A DNA stretch of 64,000 nt, taken from Clostridia bacterium. GTDB taxonomy: Bacteria; Bacillota; Clostridia; Oscillospirales; CAG-272. The translations under genes were made by a program, and so were the position numbers. Positions 58,472 through 64,000 of this stretch are shown here, piece by piece. The stretch is taken from NCBI GenBank assembly GCA_024405755.1, contig JAKSOD010000002.1, positions 13,729-77,728 of the forward strand, given 5' to 3'. Position 1 is the stretch's first letter. Each line of letters begins with the position of its first letter. The notes below the pieces were generated by a model, which was not told the DNA's origin, did not search any database, and saw only the letters and a list, made by a program, of their open reading frames with translations.

Positions 58472-59419
58472 TTACTGACCTACCTTTGACAACATCTTCT
58501 TGACCAGAGAGTTAGCTCCGACCATTATAGCGAAAAGTACGACTGCTATTGCCGACGAATAACCGACCTCGAAACGGGAATGACCGTAGTCATCGAGGTG
58601 GTGCGTTATCGTCCATGCACAGTAGTTGACCGACGGGTTTCCGCAGAGGGCATTAACGACTCCTCCGAAACCGAAGGACTTTGTAATAGCCATGATAGCA
58701 CCGAACATCAACTGCGGCTTCATTGTAGGAAGGGTAACGTACCAGAGTTCCTGCCAACGGTTGCGGATTCCGTCAACGGCACCGGCCTCGTAAAGCGATC
58801 TGTCGATACCCTGAAGACCTGCGATAAATGACAGAAAGGAAGTTCCGAGGGAGGTCCACAGAGAAACTACGATACAAAGAGGCATAACGTAGTCTGCATC
58901 TTCGAAGAACTGTATTTCTTCGTTTATCAATCCCAGATTCAGCAAGGTCGCGTTGACCCAGCCGTAGGAGTCTCCGGAGAACAACGTACCCCAGATAAGG
59001 TAAACCTCACCGGAAATTGACGGTGCGTAGAAGATCAGAGTTACTATTGCTCTGATCTTCGGTCCGAGTTCGTTGATGAACCATGCAACAAGCAGGGACA
59101 TCAGGTAGGAAGCGGGACCGACGATACATGCGAAAATGAACGTATTCTTGATCGCTATCAGGAATATGTCGTCGTCAAGGAAAAGGCGGATGTAGTTATC
59201 CAGGAAAACGAAGTTAGGCATTTCGAGCAGGTTGAAGTCCGTGAAACTGACGATAATGGAGACAAGAACCGGCGCGATAGTGAACAGAATAAAGACGATA
59301 CAGTACGGGGCGATCATTGCGTATGCAACCCAGTTGCGCTTCATCTCTTTCCATGTCCACTGCAACTTTGTCATATCTTTTCTGGATACAGCCTTTTTAG
59401 TTGCTGTTTTCTGTGACAT
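58472..59419 (-). CDS. Carbohydrate (CUT1) ABC permease, MalF-like, first pair
   Basis: SFTDFNL, FYAPSISG, FIAGLQGIDRSLYEAGAVDG; start placed at ATG 59419 after AAGGAG. Confidence 0.9.
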   Translation of the reverse strand: MSQKTATKKAVSRKDMTKLQWTWKEMKRNWVAYAMIAPYCIVFILFTIAPVLVSIIVSFTDFNLLEMPNFVFLDNYIRLFLDDDIFLIAIKNTFIFACIVGPASYLMSLLVAWFINELGPKIRAIVTLIFYAPSISGEVYLIWGTLFSGDSYGWVNATLLNLGLINEEIQFFEDADYVMPLCIVVSLWTSLGTSFLSFIAGLQGIDRSLYEAGAVDGIRNRWQELWYVTLPTMKPQLMFGAIMAITKSFGFGGVVNALCGNPSVNYCAWTITHHLDDYGHSRFEVGYSSAIAVVLFAIMVGANSLVKKMLSKVGQ

Positions 59420-59456
59420 TAACTTTTTCTCCTTACTAAGATTTGATTCGAGCCGA

Positions 59457-62400
59457 TCAGTCGATCGGGTAAGATGCCTGATATGCTGCGAGAGCGTCTG
59501 CACATTCTTCAATGTACTCACAAACGGTGGCAAGAAGAATCTGCTCAGCGGTGATATTCTCTTTGATACCGCTGTCCTTCTCGGAGCTCTTGTGAATGAT
59601 CGTACTCAGAACGTCTCTGTACTGAGAAACGGCGGTCAGATACTTGCCGTCTTCGGCATTTTTAAGAGTCTCGAATTTGACCTTTGCCATTGCCTGTGCG
59701 TCTGCGCTGAGTTTTTCGTTGATGGCAATAATATCAGCGGAACAAGCCTTTGCAAGTGCTTCGCCGGCATTGCGCAGAGCATTGATGTACTCTGTTTCGC
59801 AATAGACGCTGAATGATGCCTTCTCGTCAATCGTCATAAGAGCCTTTTTGACGGCTTCGATTTCAGATGCGTACTTCTTCTTGTCTGCGTCGGAAAGTCG
59901 GAGAGAAGTATCGTAATTGAGTTTATCCCCTTCTTCGCTGAACGCATCCATCATCTGACCGAAACGCTTGCTTGCGAGGGTTTCGCCTACTTCAAGAGTT
60001 TCAAGTCCGAACTCATTGCGTTTACGGGTTATTTCCTTATTGATGGTAGCAATGTACCCGAGCAGTTCGTTTACGGGGTTGGCAGCATCGTTATATGCAT
60101 TGAGGAACGCAAACTTTGTATAACGTCCGATAATGTATGCGCCGGGATAGTTAGGAATGGAAGCGAGGTTGTCAAACTGAGAAATCAGGTTAGTGTACTC
60201 TTTGTTGGTCCAGGGCATGGATTTCAGAGCCTTGATATTCGCGGTGGCGTGTTTTGCAGAGTCACCGAGGATAGCGACCATTTCGTTGGAGTAATTGATC
60301 TGGCAGTCCGAACCGGAATGCCACTTCATGAATTCCCAGGCAGCCTCTTTATTTTCAACACCGTGTATCATAACAATCGCGGAAACGGAAGAAACCGAGA
60401 CGTTATTGATGGACTTATTGCCGTTGGCATCAACAGTCTCGATACCGGGCAGCGGTACGAATTCCCACAGACCGCGCAGCTCCGTCGCAAATACGATCAG
60501 GTGGTTGTAAGTTCCGTTGTATGAAGCGATACCGATAGGCATCTCACCGGTACGGAAACGGTTGACGAAATCGTACTTGTAGGGGAATGAATACTGAGTG
60601 AACAGATCGCACATGGTCTCGAAGGAGTCGAGAGCAACGTTGGAGTCAAGGTTGATTCTCATTCCTTCGTCAGCAAACAGTGTTCCGCCCATCTGATAGA
60701 GGAAGATCTTGTAGTCGTTGCTCAGACCTATGGTCATACTGTTCTGGCTGAGGACCGTCGCTGCTTCACGCAGGTCATCCCACGTGTCAAGGCATTCAAT
60801 ACCGAGGTCGGCAAGGATATCGGTACGGATGAACATCATCGGGAAGTTCTGTGTCTCTGGCAGTCCGTAGTAATGCATGAAGTTATCGGCATCCGGAATA
60901 CCGAGAACATACATTGCTGCGTCATTGAAGTTAGCGATGGGGTTGACAATAGGATCTCCGTTCTCATCGTACAAGGTATTGTAGTTGTTGTCTACCTTAT
61001 AATATAGGAGATCTGTAAAGCCCTTCATATCTTCGACTTCTACCAGTGCTCCGCGGATTGCGTAGTTGATAACGCTGTCGTCGCCGAGTCCGACATAGAC
61101 ATCGGGTCCTCTTCCTGACAGGATGGAAGGCAGAAGCGTTCCGCCTGCGACCAGTTTCAGATCAACGGCGATGTTGGTGGAAGGAGTGAATTCGTTGTTG
61201 ATAAGGTTACGCATGACCTGAGTCTGGTCACGGCCGCTGGACATCCAGACTTCAATGGTATCCATATTCTCCGCAACATCGGAAGCACCCATACGGTCAT
61301 AGTTACGGAAGAAACTCTGAATGAAGCTCTTGATTTCGTGCCATGCGGACTGGAAGAAGTTTGCCTTTGCTGTCGGCATCTTTTCTTCACTGCTCTGAAT
61401 CATGATATAGTCAAGTCCGAGAGGCTGAGTCTTCGCATCACTGAGCCATGTACCGAGAGAACCTATGTAACTCTTCAGCTGTTTGAGGTTCTTGGCAATT
61501 TCCGTCTCAGGGTCTGATCCCATTCTTTCAAGCAGCCATCCCACTTTTTCAAGTGTCGCAACGTTGGAACTCTTGACACCCGCGAGGGAGGTCAGTTCGG
61601 CAGCGATCTTCTTGATGATCGTAGACTGGATAATGAGGTCAATAACGGTATCGGGCATTACGCTGGAGAAAGAATAGTCGCGGTTTTCGTCAGGCTCTGC
61701 ACCGGTTAACTTCATTATATTAAGATAGGCGTTGTTTATGGTGGTCAGCGAGGAGTCAACCTTTCTGACGATATCGGACATTGTTCCGAGAGCGACTTCG
61801 AATTCAATGGTGTACTCAACACCGGCTTCAAAGTAGAATTCGCAATTGATATATTCAATGGTCTTCTCTCCGTCTGCTTTTCCAACAATTCCGTAACGGA
61901 GAGGATCAGTCTGCCAGTCGGAAGAGTAATTGAAACGAAGTTCACGTGCCTCATCAAAAGGAACTCCGTCATAGTATCCCTTGTCCCCCGGCTTTACGCT
62001 TTCATCGCTGTAAATGTAAAGGACACGTGAGGAATACATACCGTCGTTGATATTCTGACGGTAACGAGGTATGATGTTGTACATACCGCTTTCTTCCACT
62101 TTGAATGTGTACCCTACAGTCTGCATGGCGACCTGCCACTTATCGCCTCCTATGGTGTTCAGAAGCGTACGGGTGGTGTCGCAGGGACTTGTGACCGCGG
62201 AAGAACGGTCTTCAATGGGGTAAATGGTATTGGTGGAAGTATAAGCGGGAAGTTCAGCCTCGATCTTTACGACCGATGTGCCTTTCTTCTCTCCCACATA
62301 CTTTGCGGAATACTCATCATACGAGGGAAGTACATCAATCGGGCACAGGGTGATGCTTTCAATCACCATAGGCTCACTGACACCCTCAAAGGACAGTTCA

Positions 62401-63137
62401 TTCTCGCCGGCTTCAAGAACGAATTCGAAGCAGTCTTTATAGAAACCGTCCACGTCTTTCAGCGTGTACTGACGCCATTCGGGAGCCATAAGGATAGACG
62501 CACGGATCTCGTTGTTGTCAATATCAAGTTTGAAAGGACGTACGGTTCCGTCGCTCAGTGTATTCTTATCAAACTGAGCGGGATCTTCAATGTAGTCTGT
62601 TCTCCACATTTTGTTGAGGGTTATGTAATACGCCTCTGAAAACGGGACGTTATTGTTGATACGGAAAATACGCTGGATCGAAGTATCCTTGGACTTTTCG
62701 ATAGTTTTTCCGTCAGCAACACTGATGCTCTCTTCAATAGTCGGCCAGTATCTGATGCGAATGGTGTACTTCGCAGTCTTCGGAATGTTGACTTTGTATA
62801 CCAACTTTCCGGAAGCGTCAACGGCAAGTCCGTCAACACCGTCATACTTTTCGCCTCCGACTTCCGCGACGAGAGCGGTGGTAGAAGTCTTATCGTAATC
62901 ACGTCCGGAGATCACGATATCGGCCTCAGCCTTCGGATAAAGTGTTTCGTCGGAATACTTTTTCTCGTATTCCTCGTACGAAATTAAACCGAGCAACTCT
63001 TTTGCGTTCGCAATGGCTTTGCTGGTCTCGGACATCTCACTACCCGTATCGGCAGCCGATACAGGCACGAAGAAGCAACCGATAACAAAGATTGCGGACA
63101 ACATAAGAGCGACTACCCTTTGAAATTTCGTTGCCAT
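59457..63137 (-). CDS. Very large extracellular solute-binding protein with N-terminal beta-sandwich (CBM-like) domains and a C-terminal helical extension
   Basis: Signal peptide; two jelly-roll-like segments (YKVNIPKTAKYTIRIRY; KIEAE...YTFKVEESGMYNI); SBP_bac_1-like core (GRDQ, GRGPDV, YGLPETQNFPMMFIRTDIL, FRTGEMPIGI, AWEFMKW); ATG 63137 follows AGGAGG. Confidence 0.85.
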   Translation of the reverse strand: MATKFQRVVALMLSAIFVIGCFFVPVSAADTGSEMSETSKAIANAKELLGLISYEEYEKKYSDETLYPKAEADIVISGRDYDKTSTTALVAEVGGEKYDGVDGLAVDASGKLVYKVNIPKTAKYTIRIRYWPTIEESISVADGKTIEKSKDTSIQRIFRINNNVPFSEAYYITLNKMWRTDYIEDPAQFDKNTLSDGTVRPFKLDIDNNEIRASILMAPEWRQYTLKDVDGFYKDCFEFVLEAGENELSFEGVSEPMVIESITLCPIDVLPSYDEYSAKYVGEKKGTSVVKIEAELPAYTSTNTIYPIEDRSSAVTSPCDTTRTLLNTIGGDKWQVAMQTVGYTFKVEESGMYNIIPRYRQNINDGMYSSRVLYIYSDESVKPGDKGYYDGVPFDEARELRFNYSSDWQTDPLRYGIVGKADGEKTIEYINCEFYFEAGVEYTIEFEVALGTMSDIVRKVDSSLTTINNAYLNIMKLTGAEPDENRDYSFSSVMPDTVIDLIIQSTIIKKIAAELTSLAGVKSSNVATLEKVGWLLERMGSDPETEIAKNLKQLKSYIGSLGTWLSDAKTQPLGLDYIMIQSSEEKMPTAKANFFQSAWHEIKSFIQSFFRNYDRMGASDVAENMDTIEVWMSSGRDQTQVMRNLINNEFTPSTNIAVDLKLVAGGTLLPSILSGRGPDVYVGLGDDSVINYAIRGALVEVEDMKGFTDLLYYKVDNNYNTLYDENGDPIVNPIANFNDAAMYVLGIPDADNFMHYYGLPETQNFPMMFIRTDILADLGIECLDTWDDLREAATVLSQNSMTIGLSNDYKIFLYQMGGTLFADEGMRINLDSNVALDSFETMCDLFTQYSFPYKYDFVNRFRTGEMPIGIASYNGTYNHLIVFATELRGLWEFVPLPGIETVDANGNKSINNVSVSSVSAIVMIHGVENKEAAWEFMKWHSGSDCQINYSNEMVAILGDSAKHATANIKALKSMPWTNKEYTNLISQFDNLASIPNYPGAYIIGRYTKFAFLNAYNDAANPVNELLGYIATINKEITRKRNEFGLETLEVGETLASKRFGQMMDAFSEEGDKLNYDTSLRLSDADKKKYASEIEAVKKALMTIDEKASFSVYCETEYINALRNAGEALAKACSADIIAINEKLSADAQAMAKVKFETLKNAEDGKYLTAVSQYRDVLSTIIHKSSEKDSGIKENITAEQILLATVCEYIEECADALAAYQASYPID

Positions 63138-63428
63138 TATGGTTCCTCCTGCCATGGTTTTTGCGGTTAATTCCCGCCGGAATGTTTTTTCCGCCGATAT
63201 TCGCGTCTCTGCGCGCCCAAAGGCTCGTCAGACGCTGCTTTCGGCAACTTGCCCTGAGCCTTCCGGAACACAGCAGGAGGCGGATAGTCTGCTATGCTCC
63301 GTTTTTTTAATCCGATCAGCACCGCACTTCCGCTGCGGTATGACGGAAAAATAAATTTCAAGGCTCTGCTTCCGCTGTCGTTTTTGAGGGAAACACACCG
63401 CGGTAGGGCAAAATACCATAAAATTTAT
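63138..63428 (-). promoter_or_regulatory. Long structured 5' leader with anti-Shine-Dalgarno and anti-anti-SD segments (candidate translational switch)
   Basis: mRNA CCUCCUGCUGUG (63280-63269) complements CAUGGCAGGAGG (63156-63145); alternatively CGGAGCAUAGCAG (63301-63289) pairs with CUGCUGUGUUCCG (63276-63264). Confidence 0.5.
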
Positions 63429-63434
63429 GTTGTT

Positions 63435-63463
63435 ATAATACCATAAACTTTAAAAACTGTCAA
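63435..63463 (-). promoter_or_regulatory. Sigma-A-type promoter of the large ABC operon
   Basis: Minus strand TTGACA-17 nt-TATTAT with an extended -10 TG. Confidence 0.7.
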
Positions 63464-63965
63464 TGGGTTATTATATATATAAATAAATCTAACGAAAATA
63501 TCAGTATATAAATTATTATCTTGCATTTCACGGTCAAATGACCGCGTGCGAGACCGCTGACGGATTTTTTCGTCATTGTTCACATTACGTTTTTTTCACG
63601 GTAATTTTAATTTACGTATTTTCGGTATACCGTTTCCGAAGTAAAGCAAATACTTCGCTTTTCCTTGTCCGGCAATTTAAAAAATGAACTCGTTTTAATA
63701 AAAAAGTAAATTTTATTTACCCGCTTTTTTCGTTTTGATTGCACGCGCAACCATTTATTCAGCATATTCTTTTGCGCTGATTGCACAAATTTCAGTGAAA
63801 AAGTTCTACATCTGTACATTTTGCACAAATCGTTCGCAACTTCTGATTTTTCTCTGTTCCAGCTTTTACATATCTCCTAATTTCTTCTTTTTTGCTGTAT
63901 TTCTTCTATTTTCTTCCATATTTGTTTTATCGTTACAATTATGCGTTGTTTATTGCAAACAAACG

Positions 63966-63998
63966 CCCCGGGGATATGTGCAAATCATTTCCCCGGGG
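63966..63998 (-). terminator. Probable terminator of an upstream minus-strand gene outside the window
   Basis: CCCCGGGGATATG...CATTTCCCCGGGG hairpin followed on the minus strand by CGTTTGTTT. Confidence 0.45.
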
Positions 63999-64000
63999 AT

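Noticed and set aside
63225-63260. Resemblance to a c-di-GMP-I riboswitch (CAGGGCAA...GAAA loop) in the operon leader
   Set aside because: The following GACGCAAAG junction and the second stem with its tetraloop receptor are not evident; kept only as an unclassified structured leader.
63167-63419. 63-71-aa ORFs in the leader as leader peptides
   Set aside because: No convincing RBS and no run of regulatory codons; cannot be supported without Ribo-seq.

Overview
Chromosomal window from a spore-forming Firmicute of the class Clostridia (Oscillospirales-like, inferred from gene content); almost all genes lie on the minus strand. In coordinate order: a 5' part of an uncalled lamin-tail/Ig-like domain gene running off the left edge; a dcw cluster (ftsZ-divIB/ftsQ-murG-ftsW/spoVE-mraY-murF-murE-spoVD/ftsI-ftsL-like-rsmH-mraZ, with no murD or ftsA); a CofE-like ligase and a HAD phosphatase; a nucleoside salvage block (tdk, pdp, BMP/Nup-type ABC transporter, a deoB-cdd fusion, deoD, deoC); a tRNA-Gln(UUG) with a non-canonical T-loop; a DUF3048-like lipoprotein; tmcAL and ackA; a P-loop NTPase plus the full spoIIIAA-AH operon; alaS; a structured, IS-end-like palindromic element; and a four-gene glycosylation cassette. 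The last ~16 kb is the best candidate for an undescribed system. It is a seven-gene operon with a ~1226-aa multi-domain solute-binding protein, two separate pairs of carbohydrate ABC permeases, an NHL-propeller/TPR/Yip1 fusion membrane protein and a ~1978-aa DUF5696-like secreted protein carrying a ~950-aa Ala/Lys-rich helical insert. It has no ATPase, and its ~290-nt leader contains mutually exclusive anti-SD and anti-anti-SD pairings. No CRISPR array, rRNA, prophage or intact transposase was seen. All family calls come from motif recognition by eye, not from database searches.
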